Of a DNA stretch of 64,000 bases, positions 63,567 to 64,000 are shown piece by piece. The notes under the pieces are model-generated. The model ran no database searches, had not been told where the DNA came from, and saw nothing but the letters and a program-made list of their open reading frames with translations. The first letter of the stretch is position 1. Every line of letters starts with the position of its first letter. This DNA comes from Elusimicrobiota bacterium (GTDB lineage Bacteria; Elusimicrobiota; Elusimicrobia; UBA1565; JACRDR01): assembly GCA_016194745.1 (NCBI GenBank), contig JACQBA010000013.1, positions 256,822 to 320,821 of the forward strand, given 5' to 3'. A program made the position numbers and the translations under genes.

Positions 63567-64000
63567 ATGACTCGACGAGACATTGGGGTTTGCGGAGCGG
63601 CGGCGTTCCTGCTGGCCGCGAGCGTCGCCTGGACTGAGACGGGCGTGATGGACAAGGAGATCCTCATCGGCTCCTGCGCGGTCCTCGACGGTCCGACGAA
63701 GTTCCTCGGCACGGAGACCGTGCGCGGCGCGAAGCTCTACTTCGACCACATCAACTCCCAGGGCGGGGTGAACGGACGCAAGCTGAAGCTGGACTCCAAC
63801 GACGACGGCTACGAACCGGACAAGGCCATCAACTGCTTCAAGAAGCTGGAAAGCGACGGCGTCTTCGCGGCCGGCTTCTTCGTCGGGACTCCGACCGCGG
63901 CCAAATACGCTCCGATGGCCAAGACCGCGAAGATCCCGATCCTAGGCTTCTTCACCGGAGCCCAATTGCTGCGCGAGCCCTTCCAGCGTTACATCATCAA
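63567..64000 (+). CDS. Branched-chain amino acid ABC transporter substrate-binding protein (LivK-like), 3'-truncated by window end
   Basis: Signal peptide MTRRDIGVCGAAAFLLAASVA. Peripla_BP_6 N-terminal blocks (IGSCAVLDGPTKFLGTETVRGAKLYFDHINSQGGVNGRKLKL). GGGGG-rich RBS upstream. Not in the ORF track because it runs off the edge. Confidence 0.7.
   Translation, partial: MTRRDIGVCGAAAFLLAASVAWTETGVMDKEILIGSCAVLDGPTKFLGTETVRGAKLYFDHINSQGGVNGRKLKLDSNDDGYEPDKAINCFKKLESDGVFAAGFFVGTPTAAKYAPMAKTAKIPILGFFTGAQLLREPFQRYII

Overview
High-GC (~68%) bacterial chromosomal window that is densely coded on both strands. No rRNA, CRISPR array, integrase or transposase was recognised. I support about 70 features, including two tRNAs: tRNA-Val(TAC) at 9709-9784 and tRNA-Asp(GTC) at 14968-15046.

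Housekeeping and RNA-metabolism genes:
- HrpB helicase, a DEAD-box helicase, RlmF and RsgA.
- A trehalose cluster (TreS-OtsA-OtsB) followed by a GH3 beta-glucosidase.
- A hybrid sensor kinase paired with an OmpR-type regulator.
- A chemotaxis module: CheY-like regulator, CheC-like phosphatase, TctC-type binding protein and a methyl-accepting chemotaxis protein.
- Two c-type cytochromes, one of planctomycete PSCyt1 type.
- Several transporters (MFS, AI-2E, ABC).

Accessory-looking content:
- A run of five protease or protease-like genes: M50-like, archaemetzincin-like, S1 trypsin-like and an HExxHxxQ protein, with a DUF2721 membrane protein between them.
- A tandem triplet of paralogous secreted proteins of unknown family.
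- An extremely Trp/Tyr/His-rich secreted protein.
- A secreted ATP-grasp protein convergent with an MFS transporter; both carry a related low-complexity N-terminal extension.
- A duplicated extended -10 promoter cassette in front of tRNA-Val and a PilZ gene.

The most interesting locus is a ~9.7-kb, ten-gene, translationally coupled operon (34720-44396). It combines a secreted VWA protein, a PspA/IM30 (ESCRT-III-fold) protein, an ABC transporter whose membrane-anchored binding protein is fused to an OmpA-like domain, a coiled-coil membrane protein, a classical-clade AAA ATPase with a degenerate N-terminal AAA-like domain, two unknown proteins and a 2TM+RCK channel. I read it as a candidate undescribed PspA/ESCRT-III plus Vps4-like envelope-remodelling or stress system.

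All calls rest on motifs and domain architecture read directly from the translations. No database search was possible.
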